Shown: positions 41,887 through 51,407 of the stretch, in pieces
How the letters are laid out: each line of letters starts with the position of its first letter
How positions within the stretch are numbered: position 1 is the stretch's first letter
Assembly: GCA_963805975.1 (NCBI GenBank)
Contig: CAWDVR010000002.1
Coordinates: forward strand, 1,024,001 to 1,088,000
Source of the DNA: an uncultured Acidobacteriota bacterium
Lineage (GTDB): Bacteria; Acidobacteriota; Thermoanaerobaculia; Multivoradales; SZUA-115
Length of the DNA stretch: 64,000 bases
Direction of reading: 5' to 3'
Program-made: the position numbers and the translations under genes
The notes under the pieces: model-generated
Database searches by the model: none
Told to the model about the DNA's origin: nothing
Seen by the model: only the letters and a program-made list of their open reading frames with translations

Positions 41887-42683
41887 CCAGTTGGCTACCC
41901 CCGATCGCCTCGGAGCACGGCCCCCAGATCGACAGCGCCCTCACCTGGGTTCACTGGCTGATGCTGGTGCTCTTCGTCGGCTGGATCATCTTCTTCGTCG
42001 TCGCCCTCTGGCGGTTCCGGCGCTCGGCGAACCCGGTGGCGAGCTATACCGGCGCCACCAGCCACGCCTCGAGCTGGCTCGAAGGCGGGGTGGCGGTGGC
42101 CGAGGCCATCCTCCTGATCGGGCTCTCGATCCCGCTCTGGGCGGACCGCGTGGCCGAGTTCCCGCCGGAGAGCGAGTCCGTGGTGGTGCGCGTGGTGGGC
42201 GAGCAGTTCGCCTGGAACGTGCACTACCCCGGCCCTGACGGCACGTTCGGCCGCACGGCGATCGACAAGATCGACGTCCAGAGCAATCCCCTGGGCCTCG
42301 ACCGGACCGACCTCGCGGCCCAGGACGACGTCACGACGGTGAACCAGCTCTACCTGCCGGTGGGTAAGCCGGTGATCGTCCACTTGAGCAGCAAGGACGT
42401 CATCCACAGCTTCGGCCTCCCGGAGATGCGCATCAAGCAGGACGCCGTGCCGGGCATCGTCATCCCGGTCTGGTGGAAGCCCACCGTCACCACCGCCGAG
42501 ATGCGCCAGCGCCTGGGCAAGCCCGAGTTCGTCTACGAGATCGCCTGCGCCCAGCTCTGCGGTATCAGCCACGCCAGCATGCGAGGCTTCGTCACCATCC
42601 AGGAGCCGGCCGAGTTCCAGGCCTGGATGGACGAGCAAGTGGCGGCCCAAGCCTCGACCGGGGAAGACGCGATCTGGGAGTAG
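41883..42683 (+). CDS. ctaC: Heme-copper oxidase subunit II (CuA)
   Basis: EQFAWNVHYPG, SKDVIHSF, KQDAVPG, CAQLCGISHASM. Confidence 0.94.
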   Translation: MTSWLPPIASEHGPQIDSALTWVHWLMLVLFVGWIIFFVVALWRFRRSANPVASYTGATSHASSWLEGGVAVAEAILLIGLSIPLWADRVAEFPPESESVVVRVVGEQFAWNVHYPGPDGTFGRTAIDKIDVQSNPLGLDRTDLAAQDDVTTVNQLYLPVGKPVIVHLSSKDVIHSFGLPEMRIKQDAVPGIVIPVWWKPTVTTAEMRQRLGKPEFVYEIACAQLCGISHASMRGFVTIQEPAEFQAWMDEQVAAQASTGEDAIWE

Positions 42684-42768
42684 GGGCACAGCTGGCGAAC
42701 CTACCGCTTCTGCTGCTCCTTGGCCTTCTGGCTTCCTCACCTGTAGCCGGCCTAGTTTCTCTCCCAGC

Positions 42769-43818
42769 ATGAGCACAGGCGAGAACCTACCGCAGGACAC
42801 CGAGGTGGCGTACTACGCGCACGCCTTTATCACCTCCTCAAACCGGGTGCGGTACGCGGTGATTACGATCACGGTCGCAAGTACGCTTCTCTTTGCGGGG
42901 CACCACAACTCAGATCGTCTAAGCTGGTTCAACTCCCGAGTGAACGTCGCCTACGAAGCTCTGCACGAGCAGGTGTGGGAGAAGTCGGCCGACTTGCCAA
43001 AGGACCAGAAGAGCATCGCCCAGAGATGGGCTGAAGCCCGGCGCTTGAAGACTCGAGAAGAGATTCAGGAACACGTCCAAAGCCTGGAGGCTGCGCGCAC
43101 TGAGCACATCCTCCTTCTGCATATGCCCTTCTTTGGTATCGCATTCGACGTAAATGACATTGGGTTCTTTGGAAGTATTGCCCTGCTGGTCCTGATGCTG
43201 ATGCTGGCTTTCGCAGTATCAAGACAGCACGAAAACCTCTACCTGGCCCTTTGGAAGGTCCGGCAAGCGTGGCGCGATGAAGGATGTCCAGATTCGCCCA
43301 AGAGTTATGCAAACCTTATTTATCACACGCTGGCAATGACCCAGCAGTTCAGCCGGCCGCCCAGCCTAGCTCGATGGGACAAGCGCAGCCTAAGAAGTCT
43401 CTCCAACGTACTCCTTCTATCGCCAGTCATCGTCCAAGCTGTCTGCCTGCAGCATGACTGGTCTAGCCGTGATCTCGGTCTCGCGCTCAATCGCAACGCG
43501 ACAATCATCTCGCTTTCACTTCAGTTCGCTTCGCTGTGCATTGTCACTGTGCTGACCGTCGTTTGCCTCCTCTATACTCGATCCAACGAGAAGCGCTGGG
43601 AAAAGACTTTCTTTCGGATCAATCCTTCGTTTGACGGGACACCACAACCGTCTTGGCTTGAGTGGGTACAAGTTCGCGCGCCAAAGCAGCTCTACTGCGA
43701 AGAACACCATCCAGGAAGGTCACGGCCCGTGCAGGGAAGTGTTCAGACCGGTGTACCGCAGCATTCTGAAACGGACACGGGTATAGCTCCCGCAAAGGTG
43801 GAACCTAGGGACGCATAA
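42769..43818 (+). CDS. Hypothetical multi-pass membrane protein with atypically low GC
   Basis: 349-aa ORF with about 4 hydrophobic segments and many A/T-ending codons, unlike its neighbours. Confidence 0.7.
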   Translation: MSTGENLPQDTEVAYYAHAFITSSNRVRYAVITITVASTLLFAGHHNSDRLSWFNSRVNVAYEALHEQVWEKSADLPKDQKSIAQRWAEARRLKTREEIQEHVQSLEAARTEHILLLHMPFFGIAFDVNDIGFFGSIALLVLMLMLAFAVSRQHENLYLALWKVRQAWRDEGCPDSPKSYANLIYHTLAMTQQFSRPPSLARWDKRSLRSLSNVLLLSPVIVQAVCLQHDWSSRDLGLALNRNATIISLSLQFASLCIVTVLTVVCLLYTRSNEKRWEKTFFRINPSFDGTPQPSWLEWVQVRAPKQLYCEEHHPGRSRPVQGSVQTGVPQHSETDTGIAPAKVEPRDA

Positions 43819-43889
43819 CCACTGCCGGCACCGCTCGCGCTTCGCGCGCCGGTGAGGGGAAGAGCCGTTCGTCTGGTTGGCTCCGCAGC

Positions 43890-45215
43890 TCACCCCGCCC
43901 CAAAAACCTTCGGCGTCGGCATCCGCGCACGGATCTCTTCCAACACGGTGGCGGTCACCAGGTCCACGCCGTTCTTCGCGCACCATCCCTCGACGGCCCG
44001 CGTCACCATGCCGCGCACGAAGGCCGGGATGCGCTGCATGCGCTCGCGGGCGTCGGGCTCCCAGGTGAGGGTGATGCTCGCGGCCTGGCCGTACTCGACG
44101 GCGGCGGGTCGCAGGCGGTCCACTGCCGCCTGGAGGGTGCCTGGCTGGTGGGTACAGAGGGGATCCTCGGCCATCAAATCGCCGGTCATGCCGTAGGCTC
44201 GTGCCCGGCAGCCGCCGCACAGGCTCTTGAGCTCGCAGGGCCCGCAGCGCCCGCCGAGGTGCTCGCGCTGGCGGATGCGGGTGAAGAGCTCGGAGCTGTC
44301 CCACAGCTCGCGCAGGCCCGTGTCTCCCAGGTTGCCGGCGAAGAGGGGCAGATAGGGGCAGGGCGTGACGTCGCCGTTGGGCCGTATCCCTAAGTAGTGG
44401 GTGCCGGCCGGGCAGCCTCCGGCGCCGCCGCCGAAGCTCTTCGGAAAGGGTGCCGGCGAGTCCGACGACAGCAGCGTGCGGACGAAGTGCGGCGCGCACT
44501 TGGCGTTGACCAGCATCTTCGAGGACCAGCGCCGCTGGATCTCGGCCAGCTCCCCCAGCACCTGGTCGTACTCGGCGGGATCGAGGTCGCTGACGAAGGA
44601 ACCCCGGCCGCTCGGCACCAGGAAGTAGAGGTTCCACACCTTGGCGCCAAGCTCTTCGTGGGCGAAGGCGGCGAGCGCCTCGAGCTCGTTGCGGTTGTGC
44701 GCGCCCACCGTGGTCTGCACGATGAACGGCAGGCCGGCGCGGGTGAGGATCTTCGCGCCCTCGACCGTGTTCTGCCAGGCGCCGCGCACGCGGCGGAAGG
44801 TGTCGTGGCGCTCCGGGTCGAGCGCGTCGAGCGACAGCGCAAGGCCGCGCACGCCTTCGGCCAGGAGGATCTGCGCCAGGTTCTCGGTGATCTTGACGCC
44901 GTTGGTGCCGACCACGACCCAAAGATTCTGCTGCACGCCGTAGCGGATGATCTCGACGATGTCGCGACGCAGCAGAGGCTCGCCGCCGGTCAGGATGGTC
45001 ACGCACTCGGGAGCGAAGGCGGCGATCTCGTCGATCACCCGGTAGCACTGCTCGGTCGAGAGCTCACTGCGGTCGGCGAACGCCGGGCTCTTGACCTTGC
45101 CGGGGCCGGCGTCCAGATAGCAGTGCTCACAGGCGAGGTTACAGCGGTAGGTGAGGTTCCACGACACCACGTAGGGCCGCTCGAACCCGCCCGCGCTCCC
45201 GACGAGATCGGCCAC
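43890..45215 (-). CDS. AhbC/AhbD/NirJ-like radical SAM-SPASM enzyme with C-terminal PCP_red-like domain
   Basis: SWNLTYRCNLACEHCY, LTGGEPLLR, SPASM CPAG..CPY..CGPC...CGGCRARAY..DPLC; tail LTWEPDARERMQRIPAFVRGMV. Confidence 0.88.
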   Translation of the reverse strand: MADLVGSAGGFERPYVVSWNLTYRCNLACEHCYLDAGPGKVKSPAFADRSELSTEQCYRVIDEIAAFAPECVTILTGGEPLLRRDIVEIIRYGVQQNLWVVVGTNGVKITENLAQILLAEGVRGLALSLDALDPERHDTFRRVRGAWQNTVEGAKILTRAGLPFIVQTTVGAHNRNELEALAAFAHEELGAKVWNLYFLVPSGRGSFVSDLDPAEYDQVLGELAEIQRRWSSKMLVNAKCAPHFVRTLLSSDSPAPFPKSFGGGAGGCPAGTHYLGIRPNGDVTPCPYLPLFAGNLGDTGLRELWDSSELFTRIRQREHLGGRCGPCELKSLCGGCRARAYGMTGDLMAEDPLCTHQPGTLQAAVDRLRPAAVEYGQAASITLTWEPDARERMQRIPAFVRGMVTRAVEGWCAKNGVDLVTATVLEEIRARMPTPKVFGAG

Positions 45216-45218
45216 GGG

Positions 45219-45692
45219 TCACATCCCGAACCGCGTGCGGGCCGCGGAGAGGACGGCTTCGTCGATCAACGCGTGACCCTCTTCCCGCGCCACCATCTCG
45301 ATCCCGGCGCGGGCCATGGGCCGCACCATCTCCGGGATGGCCTCGAGCCGCGCCAGCGCACCGGCCGTCCACTCGGGGCCGCTCGGGACAACCATGGCTT
45401 GCGCCTCGGACGGCTGCGTGGTGCCGCCGAGCATGGCCGAGAAGGGACACCTGCCGGCAGGGGCCTCCGCAGGCACTGCCGCCATCCCCGGGTTGGCGAT
45501 CGCCGCCGCCGCGGCCGGGCCGATGCGGACCCCCAGGGAGCGCACCATGTCGGTCTCGTGCTTGTTGGTCAGCATCGCCATCTCGTAGCCGCAGGCCGGG
45601 CAGCTATAGACCACGGCCAGCGAGCCCGGCTCGCTCTCCTCGGTGGCGCGGAGCCGCATCGGCGTGTCGCAGGGAACGCAGAGAAATTTCAT
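45219..45692 (-). CDS. Zinc-ribbon plus PCP_red-like domain protein
   Basis: MKFLCVPCD...YSCPACG, CPF, and C-terminal EWTAGALARLEAIPEMVRPMARAGIE. Confidence 0.8.
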   Translation of the reverse strand: MKFLCVPCDTPMRLRATEESEPGSLAVVYSCPACGYEMAMLTNKHETDMVRSLGVRIGPAAAAAIANPGMAAVPAEAPAGRCPFSAMLGGTTQPSEAQAMVVPSGPEWTAGALARLEAIPEMVRPMARAGIEMVAREEGHALIDEAVLSAARTRFGM

Positions 45693-45890
45693 CGAGCCTC
45701 TCCCACTTCAGGAAGCGATCGGACGGCTGGATCCTGCTCGAGCTCCAGGCTGCCTTGGGAGGAGCGCAGCGTTACCCGCAGGGGCGTCGAGCACCGCACC
45801 AAGGCAGCCTGGAGCTCGAGCTGTGCACCGCTGACGGCTAACAGTACCGCAGGTCCGGCGCTTCCGAGCGAGGCAGCCGACACAGCGAAG

Positions 45891-48546
45891 CTAGTCGCTG
45901 CGCAGGGACTCGATCGGGTCCACGCTGGACGCCCGGCGTGCGGGCAGGTAGCTCGCGAGCACGCCGACGCCGACCATCGCGGCGGACATGCCGCCGAACG
46001 TCGGCGCGTCCAGGGCGGCGACGCCGAAGAGCAGGCTGGCGACGGCGCGGGTGGAGGCGAGCGCGGCCACCAGGCCCAGGGCGACGCTCACGCCCATCAT
46101 GCGCGCCCCCTGCGCCACCACCATGCGCCGGACCTGCGCGGTGGTGGCGCCCAGCGCCATCCGGACGCCGATCTCGCGAGTGCGAGCGGCGACCACGTAG
46201 GAGAGCACGCCGTAGAGGCCGATCGCGCCGAGGACCAGGGCGAGCGAGGACAGGACCCCGAGCGTCAGCATGGTGAACGACAGCTCTGCCATCGAGTCCG
46301 CGGCGAGCCCCGTCATGGTGAAGGTGCGGTACATCGGCGCCTCGGGCGCGACCTCGCGGACCAGGGCACGGATCTCCGGCGCGATCGTCTCGGCGCGCGC
46401 GGTCTTGACCACGTAGGCCGGCGAGCTGATCGTCCAGCTCATGGGCTCCGGGCCCACCAGCGGCAGGTAGACGAGCGCCTGCGGCGTCTCCCGGAAGCCG
46501 TCCTGCTTCACGTCCTCGACGACCCCCACGACCGTGTGCCAGCCGGGCTCGCTCCGCGCCTGGAGGCGTCGCCCGAGAGGGTTCTGCCCCGGCCACAGCA
46601 GGTCGGCCGCCTGGCGGCTGACCACCGCGTTGCCGAGCGACGACTGGTGGTCGGCGGTCTCGAACGGCCGCCCGTCGAGCACCTCGATGCCCATCGTCCG
46701 GAAGTAGTCGCCCGCCGCCCAGGTGTAGTTGAGCAGCTTGCCGGCGTCCGGGTCGGCCGCCATCTCCTCGGTGATGAACGGGTCGCTGCGGGTGCCTTCG
46801 TTGAGCGGCACGTTCTCGACCAAGCCCACGGAGCGGACGCCCGGCAGCGCCGCCAGGCGCGCCAGGAAGTCGAGGTGGAAGCGGCTCCACGCCGGGCCGT
46901 CCGCCAGCCGCTCCTGCTCGGGAGCGAACTGGAAGGTGAAGACGTCCCGCGTGTCGTAGCCGGGGTCCACGTGGCGGAGCGCCTGGAAGCTCCTCACCAG
47001 GAGGCCCGAGCCGATGAGGAGCACGAGCGCCAGCGCCGTCTGGCCCACCACCAGGGCGTCCCTCACCCACCTCCGCCCGCCGGTCGCGCCGCGCCCGCCG
47101 TCACGCAGTCGGGTCAGGTCCGACCCCGAGGCGCGGAGGGCCGGAATGACGCCGCAGGCGAGGCCCGAGAGAAGCGCCAGGACGACGGTGAAGAGGAGCG
47201 TGGTGACATCGAGGCCCACGTCGTCGAGCCGGGGGATGCCCTCCGGAGCGGCGCGCAGGAAGATCGGCCCGACCAGCACGGCGAGCAGGATCGCGAGCCC
47301 GCCGGCGAGCACGGCCACGATCAGGGACTCCAAAATCTGGAGGCGAATCACCTGGCCTCGGGAGGCACCGATGGCCCGCCGCACGGCCAGGTCGCGGTAC
47401 CGCCCCTCGGCGCGCACCAGGAACAGGTTCGCGACGTTGGCGCAGGCGATCAGCAGCACGACACCGACCGCACCCAGAAGGACCCAGAGCGGCCGCGCCG
47501 CGGAGCCCAGGAGCTCGTCGAGCAGCGGCCGCACCACGGCGCGGTGCTGGCCGATCACGCGGGCATAGGCCGCCGAGCCGCCGAAGCGCTCCGGCAGCCG
47601 CCGGGCGAGCAGTGGTGAGCTCGTCGGCCAGCGTCGCGGAGGTCGCGCCGGGCGCCAGCCGGGCCACGAGGTTCGCTCCGAAGCGACCGGGCTCGAGCCC
47701 CTCGGGGCGGATCACCCTGGGGATCCAGAGCAGGGTGCCGCTGTTCGGGAACTCGAACTCCGGCCCCATCACCGCGATCACCTCGCGGCGCTCGCCGGCG
47801 ATCTCGTAGGTGCGCCCGACGACCTGCGGGTCGCCGCCGAACCACGAGTGCCAGAGCGTGTCGCTCATCACCGCCACCCGCGTCTCGTCCTCCTGCACTG
47901 GCAGGCGCCCCAGGGCCGGCTGCGCCCCGAGCGTCGAGTAGAGCGAGTTGGTGGTGATCGCCATGCGGATGCGCTCGACGCGGTCGTCGGTACGCAGAGT
48001 CGCAGTGAAGGTGTTGTAGCTCGCAACGTCCTCGAGCCGGCGCGAGCTCTCCCGGTACTCGAGGAAGAACTCCGGCGCTACGCCGAACTCGTCCTCGAAG
48101 TCCGACCCCGGCGCCGTGGCGGAGATGGCCACCAGCCGGTCGGCGTGCGCGAAGGGCAGCGGGTCGAGCAGGATCGTGTTGACGACGCCGAACATCCCGG
48201 CGTTGGCGCCGATGGCGAGCGCCAGCGTCCCCACGGCCGTGAGCGTGAAGGCGGGCGTCCGCCGCAGGGCGCGCGCCGCGTGGCGCAGATCGGTGGTCCA
48301 CTCGCTGATCATGTTCTGCCTCTCTGCGGGTAGCCTCCGGCCCGCCCAGGATGGGTGCCAGCGCTCTCTCAAACCGGATGTAGCGAGGTCCAGGACCGCG
48401 CCCAGGGCGAACCGGAGCGCCGCCAGCCGGCCGCGTCCACGGGCGTCGTCGAGGTCGCGCTCCACCTGTTCGACGATCTCCGCGCCGAAACGGTCACGGA
48501 ACGGCTCCGGGAAGAGCCACAGCAGGACCGCGAAAAGCACCCTCAC
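45891..48546 (-). CDS. ADOP-family (MacB-like duplicated) ABC permease (frameshift near 47611)
   Basis: DLRHAARALRRTPAF, LALAIGAN, LLIACANVANLFL, GLYGVLSYVVAARTREIGVRMALGA, PARRASSVDP. Confidence 0.9.
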
Positions 48547-48866
48547 GAGCGGCCCGCCAGGCCGAGGCGCTCTTCCGCCAGGGCGGCAGTACCCCGGAGG
48601 CGGCGCGCCTCCGCCGCCAGCATCCGGCGTCCGGCCGCGGTCAAGGCGTAGTACCGGCGCGCCAGGCCCGGATGCGGTAGCTCCTCCTTCGGCCGCTCCT
48701 CGACGACGAGACCCACGGTCATCAACCGTGCCAGGACCCGGTACAGGGAACCGGCACGGGGCTCGAGCGCGCCGGACGACTCGCTCGCGATCGCCTCTTT
48801 GATGGCGTAGCCGTGGAGCTGACCATTCGCCAGCGCCAGCAGCAGGTGGTACTCGAGGTTGCTCAT
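48543..48866 (-). CDS. PadR-family transcriptional regulator
   Basis: LLLAL...HGYAI...GSLYRVLARL...RRYYALTAAGR. Confidence 0.92.
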   Translation of the reverse strand: MSNLEYHLLLALANGQLHGYAIKEAIASESSGALEPRAGSLYRVLARLMTVGLVVEERPKEELPHPGLARRYYALTAAGRRMLAAEARRLRGTAALAEERLGLAGRS

Positions 48867-48909
48867 GCCGGCGTCACTCCTTAGCTCCCGGGCTCCAAAC
48901 GGCCCAGGG

Positions 48910-48966
48910 TAATTACGCAGTGCGTAACTATTCCGAAAGAGTATTTGCCGGGAGGCGACTTGTCAA
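48910..48966 (-). promoter_or_regulatory. Sigma70-type promoter plus palindromic operator for padR
   Basis: Minus-strand TTGACA (48966-48961)-N17-TACTCT (48943-48938); palindrome TTACGCA-G-TGCGTAA at 48913-48927. Confidence 0.7.
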
Positions 48967-49845
48967 AACCTGGTCTTCGGATGGCTCACCGAGGCACTCG
49001 AGCAAAGCTCGCGACACGGTTGCCAGCGCGACTAAGGTCGGGCTTGCCTCGGTGATCGGCAGCCCCTGGTCGGAGAGCGCTGCGAGCTGCGGATCGAAGG
49101 GCACGCGGCCCAGGCAGGGCAGGGCGATCTGCTCCGCTCCTTCGGCAACGGGAAAGAGCGGGCGCACCGTGCCGCAGCCGGCGCAGGCGTAGCCGCTCAT
49201 GTTCTCGATGTAGCCGAGCAGGCGGTTCGGCAGCGGCGAGAGCGCATCGACCGAGCGAGCCACCACGCCCCGCGCCAGGGCGGAAGGGATCGAGACCAGC
49301 ACCACCGCGGCGTCGGGACCGAGGAAGTCCGCGAACTGGGCGGTGCGCTCCGGGCCCGGCGGCAGGTCCACCAGCAGCAGGTCGAGCGGGCCCCAGTGGA
49401 TCGCCGCCAGCAGCTCCGCCAGCTTGGCGAACTCGCGGGTGGCGCGCCAGACGTGCGAGTGCCGGGGCGACGCGCTGGGCCAGGAGAGCGCCTCGCCGTC
49501 GGCCAGCAGGCTCCCCACCGAGAGGATCTTCAGGCCGTCGCGGCTCACCGGCAGCAGCAGGCCCTCCTCGCCGGGCAGCGGCGGCACGTCTGCGACGCCG
49601 CCCAGCAAAGCCTGGCTGGGGCCGTTCACGTCGGCGTCCAGGATGCCCACCTTCCGGCCTCGCGCCGCCAGCACGGCACCGAGCTGCCGGGTGAGCGTGC
49701 TCTTGCCGACCCCGCCCTTGCCCGACCCCACCGCCACCACGTGGCGGATGCCGGACATGCGCCGGGCGATGGCCGCCTCCAGCTCGGCGACCTGTTCCGC
49801 AACGCCCGAGCCGCCGTCGCCTGCGATCTGCGAGTACGTGCGCAT
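48928..49845 (-). CDS. Mrp/NBP35/ApbC-family P-loop ATPase
   Basis: VAVGSGKGGVGKST, DADVNGPS, DLPPG, ENMSGYACAGC. Confidence 0.9.
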   Translation of the reverse strand: MRTYSQIAGDGGSGVAEQVAELEAAIARRMSGIRHVVAVGSGKGGVGKSTLTRQLGAVLAARGRKVGILDADVNGPSQALLGGVADVPPLPGEEGLLLPVSRDGLKILSVGSLLADGEALSWPSASPRHSHVWRATREFAKLAELLAAIHWGPLDLLLVDLPPGPERTAQFADFLGPDAAVVLVSIPSALARGVVARSVDALSPLPNRLLGYIENMSGYACAGCGTVRPLFPVAEGAEQIALPCLGRVPFDPQLAALSDQGLPITEASPTLVALATVSRALLECLGEPSEDQVLTSRLPANTLSE

Positions 49846-49857
49846 GGCGGAGGGATC

Positions 49858-50729
49858 CTATGCCGCCTGCGCCCGGGTCGCGAACAGGAGGTGCTCCGAC
49901 GCCGGGCTCGAAACCGAGCTCAGCGAGGAAGCTCGGTTCGATTTCTCCCGGCGCGACCCGCGGGAAGACGAGGGAGGCTTCCCCCTCGGCCGGCGGGCCA
50001 GGTCTCTCGATCAGCACACTCAGGCCCAGCCGGCCGAGATCTCCTGCAAGGAGGCCCATCGTCAGGATCTCCCGCCCTTCGGCGCCCTGACGATAGAGAA
50101 CCCAGGCTTCGAGCCGCTCGGACGGAATGGAACCCGAGCCCGAGAAGCTGGTCCTCGAGCTTCGACAGGGCCGGAAGGTCGCGGTGCCAGCAGCGAGCAC
50201 CTTCCTGCGTCGAGTCGAGCTGCCCGCCGTCGATCAGATCCTGGAGAGAGATGGGGGCCACGGCTTCACCTGCCGCAGCCTCGTCAGCGGCCGGCTGCAA
50301 GCTCTCGCAACGCCAGTCCATCAGCCGTGCCTCCACGTCCCAGCCGCAGGCCGAGAAGACGGCGCAGGCCGCCTCGCGCTCCGCCGGCACCTCGGCGACG
50401 AGCTTCGGGGGACCCAGGATGGCGAGCTTCTGGCCGAGCGAGGTGAGGAGGTGCCGCCCGTGCCCTCGCCGACGGTGCTCGGGGTGGACGCGGAGACCGT
50501 AGATCAGCGTTGCGGCAGGGCGCTTCGCCCCGAGGAGAACTCCCACCGGCTCGCGCCCTTCGAGCGCCACCATGCAGCTACTGCACCACAGGTCGATCCC
50601 GCGCACGAGCTGCTTGAAACCCTGGAGGTCCAGCGCCGGCGTGCCCGCGTCCTCCGGGCCGCGGCAGCTCTCGTAAGCCGCGACGAGGAGGCCCATGTCG
50701 TCCGTGCGGCAGAAGCGGTAGGCGGTCAT
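49858..50729 (-). CDS. GNAT-family N-acetyltransferase (frameshifts near 50120 and 49900)
   Basis: VHPEHRRRGHGRHLL acetyl-CoA-binding motif; C-terminus reconstructed as ...SEHLLFATRAQAA*. Confidence 0.72.
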
Positions 50730-51289
50730 GAAGGGTTGGTGCCGAAGCCAGCCGTCTCCATCACCTTCCTGGCTTGCAGCAGATGGCGCTGCTCGTGGGC
50801 GACGAGGATGCGGAAGGCATCGAGCAGGCTGTAGGTGATGAGGCTCGTGACCGGAGAGGTGATGATGATCTTCGCGGCCTTCAACGGCTCGGAGGCTTTC
50901 ATGTACCGGATGACCTGCTCCTGCTGGTCGAGGAAGCGCTGGAGGATCGCCCCATCCACGCTGCTGGCAGTCGGCTGGAAGATCTTCGGGGCCCTGAGCT
51001 TGGGCTTGGAGTCAGGGCTGACGGACCGGATCATCATCCTTCCCCACAGAGCCGGGAGCCCCGGCACCCTCTCCCAGAAGGCGCTCTTCTTGGTTCCGTT
51101 CAGGATGGCGTCGAAGAGGGGGAAGTACTCCCCATTGGCCGTCACCAAGTGGTCGAGGCACTGACCGACGCTCCACCGGTCCGGACCCGGCTTCCAATTG
51201 AGCTGCTGCGGGGTGAGGCCGGAGAAGACAGCCCGGGCTTCCTCGGTGATCGCGTTGGCGGCGGCGATCAGCTCGGGCCAGGTTGGCAC
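50726..51289 (-). CDS. DinB-family protein
   Basis: QLNWKPGPDRWSVGQCLDHL...AHEQRHLLQA. Confidence 0.88.
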   Translation of the reverse strand: MPTWPELIAAANAITEEARAVFSGLTPQQLNWKPGPDRWSVGQCLDHLVTANGEYFPLFDAILNGTKKSAFWERVPGLPALWGRMMIRSVSPDSKPKLRAPKIFQPTASSVDGAILQRFLDQQEQVIRYMKASEPLKAAKIIITSPVTSLITYSLLDAFRILVAHEQRHLLQARKVMETAGFGTNPS

Positions 51290-51341
51290 GGAGCATCACA
51301 CTTGCCATCGAAGCTCATGGACAGGACGGCACGTGAAAGCA

Positions 51342-51407
51342 GTCATTCCCGCGCCGGCGGGAACCCATCCGCGTTCGTGCCGTCGAGGAGTCGATGGACT
51401 CCCGCTT
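51342..51407. repeat. REP-like palindromic element (GTCATTCCCGC...GCGGGAA) with a partial inverted partner
   Basis: gtcattcccgcgccggcgggaacccat (51342-51368) and atggactcccgctt (51394-51407), intergenic. Confidence 0.55.

Noticed and set aside
45689-45883. 64-aa ORF overlapping the Zn-ribbon gene start
   Set aside because: No recognisable motif and atypical codon usage; at most a remnant at the cassette boundary.
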